Notes: generated by a model from the letters alone, not told the origin. A DNA stretch of 64,000 bases from an uncultured Chloroflexia bacterium (GCA_963810095.1 CAWEMM010000010.1:32001-96000), one strand, 5' to 3'; positions 30,074 through 39,652 are shown, counted from the stretch's first letter. Translations and numbers: made by a program.

Positions 30074-32098
30074 ATGCAGCTTCGCATCGGTCTCCGTTTC
30101 CTGCGCGCGCTGGGCGTTGTTCTGATCGCACTCCTCGTCGCTCTCCTGCAGGACAATCGCGCCGGCGTCCATGCCGCTTTGTCTCCGACCGCGTCATATT
30201 CGCAAGCCAACCTTATCTCCAATAGCCAATTCGTCTACGGTCCCGCCGCGCAGCGTTTCGATCTTGCAGGCTACCTGGCGCGCGCGGGCAGCCCGCTGGC
30301 CGCCGACGCCCCGACACTTGAAGCCTGGTGCGGCTACGCCAGCGTTAACCCGCAGGTCGTCCTCGTGCTCCTCGAACTTGACGGCCGGCAAGTGACGAAT
30401 GGCTGGCACGCCCCGCTGCCGGCCGGGCAACGCGATGCGGACATCGGCGCGCTCGTCGTGCAGCTGGCCGAGCGCTTCTATGCCCACTTATACCGGTATG
30501 GCGAGCGAGCCCCCTCCGGCATGGCCCGAACAGGCTCATCGGTCGCGCCGGCGGCTGCAGGCTTCGCCGGCGTCTCCTCGGGCACCTATGCGCTCGTCGC
30601 CTCGCTCGGCCAGACGCTCGCGCCCGCCGAGTTCGAGCGGGCTGTAGCTCCCACCGGTATGGGCAGCTTCGCCGCCACCTGGGCCCGGCTCTTTCCGGGC
30701 AGTGACCCACTGGACGCCAGCGTCTCGATCACGCCTGACGCTCTGCCCCCCGCTGACCTCTTCCAGTTCCCCTTCCCAATCGGCCAGACGTGGTGGTTCA
30801 ACGGCGCGCACAGCTGGAACGGCGGCGGACTGGCCCCACCCTACTCGTCCATGGACTTCTTTACCACGGCGGACAGCTGTGCCGCGCCGCCTGCCGGCGA
30901 CTGGGCCGTTGCCGCGGCCGGGGGCAGCGGCTATTATCCCAACACCGGCGCGCCGTGCTGGTACCGCATCGACCACGCGGGTGGATGGACGACCAGCTAT
31001 TACCACCTGCGTAACGTCGTTGGCAAAGGGCCGGCGGCGGCAAACGGGCGGATCGGGACGATTGGCTGCGAGACCTGCGTCGGGGGCTATGCAACGGGTC
31101 CGCATGTCCACTTTAGCCTGCTGTACAACGGCGCGTACGTCGGCCTGGAGGGGGTGAAGCTGTCCGGGTGGACGGTGCACACGGGGAGCGGGAACTACGA
31201 CAGCGGCTCGCTCGAGCGCGACGGAGTCATCTTGCGTCCCTATGCCTCCGTGCGCAACGATGGGATTCTGTCTGGGACGCCCACCCCGACGCTTACGCCG
31301 TCTCGCACCCCCACCGCGACCCCCACGCCTACGCGCGTCCCGTCTGCCACCCCGACGTCGCCCGCCGCGCCGGCCGCCCGCTACCTCTATCCGCCGGCGC
31401 AGGGCTTGCTCCGTGTCTGCCCCGTCACGCTCATCGCTCAGGCGGAGGGGACAGGCGGCGTGCGCGAGGTGAAGTTCCTGGCTCGCTGGGGCGGAGCGCT
31501 GCGCGAACTCGGGACAGATACCGACGGCACAGACGGCTGGAAGCTGACGTGGGACTGCCAGGATGCGCCAGACGGCGCCGCCACCCTCAGCCTCAGCGCA
31601 TGGGACATGAGTGGGCAAGAGGTTCTGGCGGACGCGGCCGCGACCGCCGTGACCATCAGCAAAGCATGCACGGAGGGGACTTACCGCACGGCGTTCTTCG
31701 CCAATCCCACGTTTTCCGGCTCGCCGGCGTCTTCCTGGTGCAAAGCGTCGAGCATCAGGTACAACTGGGGGACGGCTTCGCCCGGGGCCGGCATCCCTGG
31801 CGGTGACAACTTCTCGGCCCGCTTCCGGGGCAGCTTTCGCTTTGAGCCGGGACGATACCGTTTCAAGGGCGAGGTGAATGACGGGATAAGGGTTTGGATT
31901 GACCGGGTGCTTGCACTGGACGAATGGCACGACCACGCCGAGCCGGAGACTCTCCAGTTCGATAAGGACCTGAGCGCAGGATTGCACGAAGTGCGGGTGG
32001 ACTACTACGAGGCATCGGGGACAGCGGCTGTGACGCTGGAATGGGAACGGACGGGGCCGCAGGGCGATGTGCTGTTTTTGCCGTTACTCCTACGCTAG
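30074..32098 (+). CDS. Secreted M23 (LasA/beta-lytic-like) metallopeptidase with PT linker, Ig-like and PA14 domains
   Basis: Signal peptide; GAH..SSMDF, YYHL, GPHVHFSL; TPTPT linker; PA14-like FSARF..NDGIRVWID..VDYYE; C-terminal LFLPLLLR. Confidence 0.8.
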   Translation: MQLRIGLRFLRALGVVLIALLVALLQDNRAGVHAALSPTASYSQANLISNSQFVYGPAAQRFDLAGYLARAGSPLAADAPTLEAWCGYASVNPQVVLVLLELDGRQVTNGWHAPLPAGQRDADIGALVVQLAERFYAHLYRYGERAPSGMARTGSSVAPAAAGFAGVSSGTYALVASLGQTLAPAEFERAVAPTGMGSFAATWARLFPGSDPLDASVSITPDALPPADLFQFPFPIGQTWWFNGAHSWNGGGLAPPYSSMDFFTTADSCAAPPAGDWAVAAAGGSGYYPNTGAPCWYRIDHAGGWTTSYYHLRNVVGKGPAAANGRIGTIGCETCVGGYATGPHVHFSLLYNGAYVGLEGVKLSGWTVHTGSGNYDSGSLERDGVILRPYASVRNDGILSGTPTPTLTPSRTPTATPTPTRVPSATPTSPAAPAARYLYPPAQGLLRVCPVTLIAQAEGTGGVREVKFLARWGGALRELGTDTDGTDGWKLTWDCQDAPDGAATLSLSAWDMSGQEVLADAAATAVTISKACTEGTYRTAFFANPTFSGSPASSWCKASSIRYNWGTASPGAGIPGGDNFSARFRGSFRFEPGRYRFKGEVNDGIRVWIDRVLALDEWHDHAEPETLQFDKDLSAGLHEVRVDYYEASGTAAVTLEWERTGPQGDVLFLPLLLR

Positions 32099-32211
32099 CA
32101 AAGGCACGCTTACGCAGACGCCTGGCGACCTTCGGGAGTTGTCCGAGCGCAAGCTTGGCAACCCCGAAGGTAAGCACCACATTCGAGTCTTGAATCGGGG
32201 GCGCGCTCCCG

Positions 32212-32394
32212 TTACCGCCTGGCCGGAATGAGCAGCCACAGCACCAGGTAGGGAATGAACCCGGGAAGCCCGCCTGGCACCAGCAGGATCATGAAAATGA
32301 TCCGGAAGATCCACGGGCTCAGCCCGAAAAACGCGCCCAGGCCGCCACACACCCCCGCCACTACACCGTTCTGTCGTCGCAATTGATTGTTCAT
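32212..32394 (-). CDS. PspC domain protein
   Basis: LRR..VVAGVCGGLG..R..YLVLWLLIP. Confidence 0.85.
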   Translation of the reverse strand: MNNQLRRQNGVVAGVCGGLGAFFGLSPWIFRIIFMILLVPGGLPGFIPYLVLWLLIPARR

Positions 32395-32495
32395 GGTCTC
32401 CTCGGTCAACCTCATTGCCCGCAGGCACACAATCTCGATCTCACCTGTCTATACGCACCCCCGGTAGACAAGTTTCAGCCTGTTACCGTCGTCTG

Positions 32496-32538
32496 TGTGA
32501 TATCGGTCATTGTCTGGCCGCTACCATTGTGGTAGATT
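32496..32538 (+). promoter_or_regulatory. CRP/FNR-like site plus extended -10 (regulon site 3)
   Basis: TGTGA-tatcgg-TCATT overlapping -35 TTGTCT; TGgTAGATT hexamer at +37. Confidence 0.65.
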
Positions 32539-32556
32539 TCACGGTTGGAAGGTGCC

Positions 32557-33039
32557 ATGCGAGTTCTTGTAATCGGTTACGGCAATCCCAGCCGGCAGGA
32601 CGATGGGGTTGGGCTGGCGGTGGTGAATGGGCTGCGCGCCCATACGGGCCAGGCTCCGCTCGAAGAGGGGGACGACGGGTTCGACGACCTCGGCCGGGCC
32701 CTGGACACGCTGTTTCTGCAGCAGCTCAGCCCGGAGTTGGCCGAGACCCTCACGGAGTACGATCACGTGGTGCTGGTCGACGCCCACTTCGGCATCTATC
32801 CCGAGTTGGTCCACCGGGCCGTGCTCGATCCACACGTCGACGCCGCGATCGTCTCGCATCACTTCAAGCCCGGCACGCTCCTGGCGCTTGCCGGACAGCT
32901 GTACGGTCACGCACCGACCGCGGAGCTGATCTCTGTGCGCGGTTACGCCTTCGACTTCACGTCCGAGCTCAGCCCCGAGACGGCAGCCGGCGTAAAGCAA
33001 GTCATCGAAGAACTGGCCGGTCGCTTCGGCCAGACCTGA
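32557..33039 (+). CDS. Hydrogenase maturation protease (HoxW-like)
   Basis: IGYGNPSRQDDGVG, QLSPELAE, VDA and SHH. Confidence 0.88.
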   Translation: MRVLVIGYGNPSRQDDGVGLAVVNGLRAHTGQAPLEEGDDGFDDLGRALDTLFLQQLSPELAETLTEYDHVVLVDAHFGIYPELVHRAVLDPHVDAAIVSHHFKPGTLLALAGQLYGHAPTAELISVRGYAFDFTSELSPETAAGVKQVIEELAGRFGQT

Positions 33040-33091
33040 ATCTATCCGGCCGTGCGCGGCCCATCCCCCACCTGTCACGGAGAGATATTAT

Positions 33092-33953
33092 ATGGCTAAC
33101 TCTGAGATCAGTGTCGACGCGTTGATGCCCGCCGAAATGGCGGCCAAGGCCGAAGCCACGGGCATTCGTAAGGCCGGCATGAACCTGTCCATCATGGCCG
33201 TGATGTCGATGCTGGCCGGCGCGTTCATCGCCGCCGGGGCATTTTTCTCGACCACGATCGTCGCGGGTGCGAGTGGCGTCTTGCCGTATGGCATCATTCG
33301 CCTGCTTGCAGGCGGCGCGTTCTGCATCGGCCTCATCCTGGTGATCGTGGCAGGCGCGGAGCTGTTCACCGGCAACAACCTCATTATTATGGCTTGGGCG
33401 GACCAGAAGGTGACCACTGCCAAGCTGCTGGAGAACTGGGGGGTGGTCTGGGTCGGTAACTTCGTGGGCGCGGTGCTGACCGCACTTCTCATGTTTGCCT
33501 CCAGGCAGTACACCTTCGGCGCCGGCTCGGTCGGGTACGCGGCGCTGAGCAGCGCGAACACGAAGGCCGGGCTGGATTTTTGGCAGGCGATCGCGCTGGG
33601 CATCCTGTGCAACGCGCTCGGTCTGCATCGCCGTGTGGCTCTGCTACAGCGCCCGCACCACGACGGACAAGATCCTCTCGATCATTTTTCCCATCACCGC
33701 GTTCGTCGCCTGCGGCTTCGAGCACAGTGTGGCGAACATGTATTACATCCCGATGGCCTTGCTGATCAAGAATTATGCGCCGGAGAGCTTCTGGGCCGCG
33801 ATCAAACACGTACCGGCCGACTTCCCGAATCTGACGATACAGAACATGTTCGTCAATAACCTGATCCCGGTGACAATCGGCAATATCATCGGTGGCACAG
33901 TCATGGTAGGTCTGGTATACTGGTTTGCATATTTGCGGCCGCGCCGCGCCTGA
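33092..33953 (+). CDS. Formate/nitrite transporter (FocA/FdhC family); +1 frameshift near 33620
   Basis: GAELFTGN, LGILCNAL[g]VCIAVW, FEHSVANM and VTIGNIIGG. Confidence 0.9.
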
Positions 33954-33983
33954 TTGCGGCGCCCCACATTCAGCGGAGGCCCC

Positions 33984-34211
33984 ATGCGAGCGTACGTGCT
34001 GGTGAACACCCGGGCCGGCGAAGCCATCCACATCGCGCGCGACTTACGAAAGACGCCTGGCATCGTGCGGGCCGATTCCGTTTTCGGCACGTATGATGTC
34101 ATCGCGGAGGTCGAGGCCAAGGACCTGGTTAGCCTCGGTCGCCTGGTATTCGAGGGAATTCGCGTGCAACCCGGGGTGGTCGACACGCAAACCTGCCTGG
34201 CAATCGAATAA
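33984..34211 (+). CDS. Stand-alone Lrp/AsnC ligand-binding (RAM) domain protein
   Basis: MRAYVLV..VFGTYDVIAEVE..I..GVVDTQT. Confidence 0.8.
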   Translation: MRAYVLVNTRAGEAIHIARDLRKTPGIVRADSVFGTYDVIAEVEAKDLVSLGRLVFEGIRVQPGVVDTQTCLAIE

Positions 34212-34214
34212 CGC

Positions 34215-34244
34215 AAAAGGTCGGGGACTTTGCCCCGACCTTTT
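34215..34244. terminator. Bidirectional intrinsic terminator
   Basis: aaaaggtcgggg-actttg-ccccgacctttt between convergent genes. Confidence 0.75.
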
Positions 34245-34278
34245 CTGTCCGGCATCGCGCATCACCGCGCCTGCAGCC

Positions 34279-34788
34279 CTACCCTTTGGCGTCGCCGTCC
34301 GCTTCCGCGGCGCAAAAATCGCCTCCGGCAAGTGCCTGCAGGTTGCAGCGCATTTGCGCAAGCACGGCCACGGCGCTCGACAACTGCTCGGGCTCGATGC
34401 TGCGGATCGCCAACCGCTGGAACTCCTGGCCGCGCTTGATCAGCGACTCGACCATCGCTTCCCCTTTCGGGGTAAGCGCCACGAGCGTGAACCGGTTATC
34501 CTTCGGATCGGCGCGGCGCTGCAGCAACCCCTCCGCCTCCAACTGCTTGACCTGGCGCGTAATCGTCGCGCCGTCAACCTCGAGCCGGCGCTGCAGATCC
34601 GCCTGGCTGACCTCGCCGCGAGCATACATATCGGCGAGCATGCGCAGCCGCGACATCGCGATCCCGACGAAGCTTTCGAACGCCGTGCGCAACACGTGGC
34701 CCGTCAGCGCCAGCGATAGCAGCATGGACTCGTTCCAGTTCCCCGGCAGCAGGTTCTCGGCCAGCGCCGTCTTGTCTACTTTACTCAT
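34279..34788 (-). CDS. MarR family transcriptional regulator
   Basis: SQADL..VDGATITRQVKQLEAEGLL..DPKDNR..LTPKG. Confidence 0.9.
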   Translation of the reverse strand: MSKVDKTALAENLLPGNWNESMLLSLALTGHVLRTAFESFVGIAMSRLRMLADMYARGEVSQADLQRRLEVDGATITRQVKQLEAEGLLQRRADPKDNRFTLVALTPKGEAMVESLIKRGQEFQRLAIRSIEPEQLSSAVAVLAQMRCNLQALAGGDFCAAEADGDAKG

Positions 34789-34855
34789 CATTTCCTCATG
34801 AAACTTCGTGGACCCAAGCACGTATAATCACTATAGCAGGAATAAACGAGCGCGT

Positions 34856-34964
34856 CAATAATTGGGTCTGCAATCATTGTGTGTGAAACCATTGATCGAT
34901 AAACTATTGCGAGTCAAACTGTTGCATGTGCCATAATTGACGTCGTCAAGGAACTGGGTATAAT
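34856..34964. promoter_or_regulatory. 15-bp-period operator array plus sigma70 promoter of the efflux operon
   Basis: (A/G)TTG at 34861, 34876, 34891, 34906, 34921 and 34936; TTGACG-16 bp-TATAAT at 34937-34964. Confidence 0.6.
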
Positions 34965-35020
34965 CAGGGAATGCGGCCGGATGTGAGGCCGCTTTGTAAT
35001 GCGAAGGGACAAAGACAGGA

Positions 35021-36616
35021 ATGGCAACTTCATCGTCGACGAATCTGCGGCGGCGCTCGTCGTCTCGCCGCTGGATTGTATTCGTAGTCGTGGCGCTGGT
35101 GGCAGTCGTTGCGGCCGTGCTGATTTTCGGCCGGAGCTCCAGCCGGGCGGCGACGGACTTGCCCGCGACCACCAACGTGACGCGCGGCGCGTTAACTGCC
35201 ACGGTGGCGGGCAGCGGCTCGGTCGCGGCCGAGCAGACCGTGAACCTGCCGTTTACCTCGGCGGGTACTGTGATCGAAGTGCTTGTTAAGGATGGGGAAG
35301 CGGTCAAGGCGGGCCAGGTATTGGCCAAGCTGGATGACCGGGCCGCACAGCTTCAGCTGGCTTCGGCCCAGGGCAGCCTGGACAGCGCCATGGCGCGCCT
35401 TGCGCAGGCGCAGCAGGGCAACGCGCGGACGGAAGATCTGGCGGGCGCGAACGCACAGCTGGCGGCCGCGCAAGCAAACTACGACAAAGCCACGAAGGGC
35501 GGCACGGTCGCGGATCGGGCCGCGGCACAGGCAGCAGTGAAGAGCGCGCAAGCGGCCTATGATGCTGCAGTGAAATCGGCCGGCTCCTCGTCGTCGCAGC
35601 TCGAGGCTGCGCGTGCCGCACTCGAAAAGACCACGAACGCTCTGAAACAGGCCCAAGCCAATTATGACCGTGTCGCAAGCGCGCCCGACATTGGACGTAG
35701 GCCCGAGTCCGTCGCGCTGCAAAATGCCACGGTGGACCACGAGCAGGCGCTGGCGAACTACAACGCGCTGCTGAATACGTCGGGCACGGACGCGCAGTCG
35801 CGCATCGCCTCGGCGTCGGCGCAGCTGGCGCAGGCTAGAGCCAACCTAAACAAGCTCACGCCCAGCGCGGAGGACCTTGCGGCGGCCAAGGCGAATCTCG
35901 ACCAGGCGAAGGCGACTGTGGCCAAGCTGACCGCGCCGGCGACCCAGCTCGACCAGCAGATCGCCCAGGCCGCGGTCAGCCAGGCCGAAGCAGCGGTGAA
36001 ACAGGCGGAGCTGGCGGTGGACAACACCGTGCTCAAGGCGCCGTTCGACGGACTGGTCGCACAGGTGAACGCCGTTCCGGGCAGCGCAGCGAATGCTGCC
36101 ACCGCGGCGCTGCGCCTGATCAACCGCAACCCGCTCCATGTCGATCTGCGACTGAGCGAGAACGACGTCGCGCAGGTCCAGATGGGCCAGGACGTCACCC
36201 TGACCATCCAGTCGCTGGGCGATTGGAGCACGAAGGGCCAGGTCAGCTATATCGCGCCCGCGGCCGACAACAACAACGGCCTGGTCACCTATCCCGTCCG
36301 TGTCTCGTTCGCCGACAACGACCCGCGCGTCAAAGTGGGCATGACTGCGGACTTGAAGATCGTGACCGCGCTCAAGGAAAACGTGCTCCTGGTGCCGAAT
36401 ACCGCGCTGCTGCCCAAGGGCAGCGGCCGGGTGGTGCAGGTTCCTGCACAGGATGCCAGCGGCAAGGCAACCACGCAAGAGGTTGACGTGCAAACCGGCT
36501 TGACCGACGGCACGATGACCGAGATCACGACGGGCCTGCAGGAAGGCCAGCAGATCATCGCACTGCCCAGCAACGGCGCCTCGCGCCGTGGCGGCATGGG
36601 GTTCTTCGGCGGATGA
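35021..36616 (+). CDS. MacA/HlyD-type efflux membrane-fusion protein
   Basis: N-terminal TM, V..G..V.AGQVLAKLD lipoyl half, long coiled coil, APFDG.V, GMTA. Confidence 0.88.
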   Translation: MATSSSTNLRRRSSSRRWIVFVVVALVAVVAAVLIFGRSSSRAATDLPATTNVTRGALTATVAGSGSVAAEQTVNLPFTSAGTVIEVLVKDGEAVKAGQVLAKLDDRAAQLQLASAQGSLDSAMARLAQAQQGNARTEDLAGANAQLAAAQANYDKATKGGTVADRAAAQAAVKSAQAAYDAAVKSAGSSSSQLEAARAALEKTTNALKQAQANYDRVASAPDIGRRPESVALQNATVDHEQALANYNALLNTSGTDAQSRIASASAQLAQARANLNKLTPSAEDLAAAKANLDQAKATVAKLTAPATQLDQQIAQAAVSQAEAAVKQAELAVDNTVLKAPFDGLVAQVNAVPGSAANAATAALRLINRNPLHVDLRLSENDVAQVQMGQDVTLTIQSLGDWSTKGQVSYIAPAADNNNGLVTYPVRVSFADNDPRVKVGMTADLKIVTALKENVLLVPNTALLPKGSGRVVQVPAQDASGKATTQEVDVQTGLTDGTMTEITTGLQEGQQIIALPSNGASRRGGMGFFGG

Positions 36617-37437
36617 ACGCGAACTTGAACGCCAGCGCGGCCACGGCCGCCTCGGGTCGCTATGCTATTGCCGAAGCGGCCGACGTGCCCGAGGGGAACA
36701 CCATGATATCTGTGCGAGACCTGTGCAAGGTCTACCACATGGGGCCGGCCGATGCGACCGCGATCGAGGTGCGGGCCCTGTGCGGCGTGTCGTTCGACAT
36801 TCGTCGGGGCGAGTTCGTCGCCATCATCGGCCACAGCGGCAGCGGCAAGAGCACGTTGATGAACATGCTCGGCTGCCTGGACACGCCCAGCAGCGGCACC
36901 TACAGCCTGGACGGCGTGGAAACGCAGAGCCTCAGCGACGACGACCTCGCACTTGTGCGCAGCACGCGGCTTGGATTCGTGTTCCAGCAGTACAATCTGC
37001 TGCCGCGCCAGACCGCGCTACGCAACGTCGAGATGCCCCTCATCTATCGGGGCATTACGGCCGGCGAGCGGCGTGAACGGGCGGAAATCGCTTTGCGGAT
37101 GGTGGGGATGGGCGACCGGATGCACCACCGGCCGAGCCAACTGAGCGGCGGGCAACAGCAGCGCGTCGCGATCGCGCGCTCGTTGGTGGGCAGCCCCGCG
37201 GTGATCCTGGCCGACGAGCCGACCGGCGCGCTCGACACCCGCACCAGCGTCGAGATCATGGACATTCTGACGAACCTCAACCGGCAGCAGGGCTTGACCG
37301 TGGTGGTTGTGACGCATGAAGCAGACGTTGCCGCTTACGCGAGCCGGGTGCTGACCCTGCGCGATGGCGCGCTGGTCGGTGACGGCAAGCGGCCGGCCGG
37401 GCTGCGGCAACCCGCGGCGGAAGGAGCTGCAGCATGA
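36613..37437 (+). CDS. ABC transporter ATP-binding protein (LolD/MacB type)
   Basis: GHSGSGKS, LSGGQQQR, ADEPTG and VVTH. Confidence 0.92.
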   Translation: MNANLNASAATAASGRYAIAEAADVPEGNTMISVRDLCKVYHMGPADATAIEVRALCGVSFDIRRGEFVAIIGHSGSGKSTLMNMLGCLDTPSSGTYSLDGVETQSLSDDDLALVRSTRLGFVFQQYNLLPRQTALRNVEMPLIYRGITAGERRERAEIALRMVGMGDRMHHRPSQLSGGQQQRVAIARSLVGSPAVILADEPTGALDTRTSVEIMDILTNLNRQQGLTVVVVTHEADVAAYASRVLTLRDGALVGDGKRPAGLRQPAAEGAAA

Positions 37438-38783
37438 CGACGTCTGTCGAGATGAAGTCGGCCAACCTGGCCGCAAACGTGACGCGTGAGCTGATGCTGC
37501 CGCCGCTGAACCCCGACCACACGGGCGGGCTCAGCTTCGGCATCCTCATCCGCGAGTCATTGGACAGCCTACTGGCGAACAAGGGTCGGGCGCTTCTGAC
37601 CATGCTCGGCGTCATCATCGGCGTGGCGTCGGTCGTCGCGCTGATGGCGCTGGGCAACGGAGCCAGCGCCGAGATCACGGGCCAGGTGGAGAGCGCGGGG
37701 ACGAACCTCATCTTTGTCATGCCCAGCTCGCCCAGCAGCAACATGCAGTTGCGCGGCCAGTCTATGATGCAGGGCACGACGCCGCAAACCCTGACGGTGG
37801 ATGATGCTTCGGCGATCGCTGGCCTGGGTCTGCCGGTCAACGGTGTGGCCTCGACCTTTAGCGGCGGCGCTGAGATGGTGGCAGCGGCCGCAAGCGCCTT
37901 TACCCAGGTCGCAGGCACGAACGCGGCCTACTTCGCGCTCAACGAGCTCAGTGCGGCGCAAGGGGCGCTCTTTACCGACGCTCAGGACCGCACGGGCGAG
38001 CCCGTCGTGGTGCTGGGTGCAAACGTCGCGAAGGACCTCTTCGGCGATGGGGAGGCGATCGGGCAAAGCGTGCGGGTCAAGGACACGATGCTGCGCGTGG
38101 TTGGCGTCTTGGCCGAGAAGGGCGGCGGCGGGTTCGGCTCGGTGGACGACCAGGCTTTCGTACCCATCTCGCTGGCACAGACGCGCCTCTTCAGCGCGCG
38201 CACGCCCGACGGCAACAGCTTCCGGGTCGCCAACGTGCTGATTTCGGCCAAAAACGCGGACGACATCCACGCGATCCAGGACCGCATCGCGGTGCTGCTG
38301 CGCGAGCGGCATCGCCTCAACCCGGACGGCAGCGAGGACGATTTCCGCCTCTTCAACCAGGCTTCGTTTGTCAGCATCCTGAACAACATCACTGGCCTGC
38401 TCACCACGTTCCTGGCGGCCATTGCGGCCATCTCGCTTCTGGTCGGCGGCATCGGGATTATGAACATCATGCTCGTGAGCGTGACAGAGCGGACGCGTGA
38501 GATCGGCCTGCGCAAGGCCGTCGGAGCGCGCGCCAACGACATCCTGATGCAGTTCATCGTCGAGGCCTTGGTTATCAGCCTGCTCGGCGGCCTGATCGGC
38601 ATGGCACTGGGCATGCTCGTTGCGCTGCTGGTGAGCGTGCTCGGCATCCTGACGCCGGTCATCACCGCCAGCTCTGTCTTGCTGGCGCTCGGCTTCTCGA
38701 TGGCAGTCGGCCTCTTCTTCGGGATCTACCCGGCCCGCCGCGCGGCCCGCCTGAACCCGATCGACGCGCTGCGGTACGAGTAG
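37434..38783 (+). CDS. MacB/FtsX-type ABC permease
   Basis: LTMLGVIIGV, GGIGIMNIMLVSVTERTREIG and PARRAARLNPIDALRYE. Confidence 0.92.
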   Translation: MTTSVEMKSANLAANVTRELMLPPLNPDHTGGLSFGILIRESLDSLLANKGRALLTMLGVIIGVASVVALMALGNGASAEITGQVESAGTNLIFVMPSSPSSNMQLRGQSMMQGTTPQTLTVDDASAIAGLGLPVNGVASTFSGGAEMVAAAASAFTQVAGTNAAYFALNELSAAQGALFTDAQDRTGEPVVVLGANVAKDLFGDGEAIGQSVRVKDTMLRVVGVLAEKGGGGFGSVDDQAFVPISLAQTRLFSARTPDGNSFRVANVLISAKNADDIHAIQDRIAVLLRERHRLNPDGSEDDFRLFNQASFVSILNNITGLLTTFLAAIAAISLLVGGIGIMNIMLVSVTERTREIGLRKAVGARANDILMQFIVEALVISLLGGLIGMALGMLVALLVSVLGILTPVITASSVLLALGFSMAVGLFFGIYPARRAARLNPIDALRYE

Positions 38784-38793
38784 CAGCGCACCA

Positions 38794-38921
38794 TTTGGAA
38801 CGCGAAGTCGCGAAGGTGCACGAAGCGAGCGAACGCGGGAAGCACGAAGAACGCGAATGACGAAGCGCACGAGGGAGCGGAACCCTCGTGCGCTTCGTCA
38901 TTCGCGCGTTGGTGTTCCAAA
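38794..38921. repeat. Inverted-repeat element, 'CGCGAA/CACGAA' family
   Basis: Ends tttggaac...gttccaaa; tandem cgcgaa/cacgaa units; perfect 24-bp stem 38852-38875/38883-38906. Confidence 0.75.
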
Positions 38922-38966
38922 CCCATGCCCCCCTCTTTTGCCCCGTTTTGCACGATCTTTGTACAG

Positions 38967-39009
38967 TGTGACCGCTGTCATTGTCTCGCTGCTGCGTAGC
39001 TGATACAGT
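38967..39009 (+). promoter_or_regulatory. CRP/FNR-like site plus extended -10 (regulon site 4, fdh operon)
   Basis: TGTGA-ccgctg-TCATT overlapping -35 TTGTCT; TGaTACAGT hexamer at +37. Confidence 0.65.
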
Positions 39010-39100
39010 GCGCCTGCTGGCATTAGCGCGCGTGTTCACGCGGGCGCTCCAGCCTGCTCATCCGCAGACATAACTTTAAGCACACACCACCGGGGGTACG

Positions 39101-39652
39101 ATGGTTGTCGCTCCTGTTCCTGATACGCTTGACTTTGCGCCTCTGGCCGCTATTCTCGACCGCTTCGCTGCGCGTTCGGGGGCGGCTGCAACCGGTTCGC
39201 TGATCCCCATCCTCCAGGCCGCGCAGGCCGCATACGGCTACCTGCCGCCTGAAATCCTGCAGTTCATCGCGGACCGCCTCGACCTCTCCCTGGGCAAGGT
39301 GTACGGCGTCGCTACGTTTTACGCGCAGTTCTACCTGGAGAAGCGCGGGCGCCACGTGCTGCGCGTCTGCGACGGCACCGCGTGCCACGTGAAAGGCGCA
39401 CCGGCCCTGATGGGCGCGATCGAGGAGAACTACGGCATCGAGCCGGACGCGACCACCGACGATGGACAGCTGACGATGGAGATCGTCTATTGCATGGGTT
39501 CCTGCGCGCTTGCGCCGGTCGCCGTGCTCGACGGGCAGGTGGTGGGCCGGGTGAAGCGTGAGACGCTGCTGCGCCAGCTCGACCGGCAGCTCCAACTCGA
39601 CCGGCAGGTCGAGGTGGAGCGTCAATCGGGCGCGGCCAAGGCGGAGGGATGA
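39101..39652 (+). CDS. NuoE/HydC-like [2Fe-2S] subunit (paralog of 20816)
   Basis: GVATFYAQF, CDGTACH and CMGSC. Confidence 0.92.
   Translation: MVVAPVPDTLDFAPLAAILDRFAARSGAAATGSLIPILQAAQAAYGYLPPEILQFIADRLDLSLGKVYGVATFYAQFYLEKRGRHVLRVCDGTACHVKGAPALMGAIEENYGIEPDATTDDGQLTMEIVYCMGSCALAPVAVLDGQVVGRVKRETLLRQLDRQLQLDRQVEVERQSGAAKAEG

Noticed and set aside
31270-31380. Tandem-like ACC/CCC repeats
   Set aside because: Ordinary Pro/Thr linker coding sequence.
39574-39610. 18-bp tandem duplication (QLDRQL/QLDRQV) at the NuoE C-terminus
   Set aside because: Small in-frame slippage in a variable tail; no sign of function.
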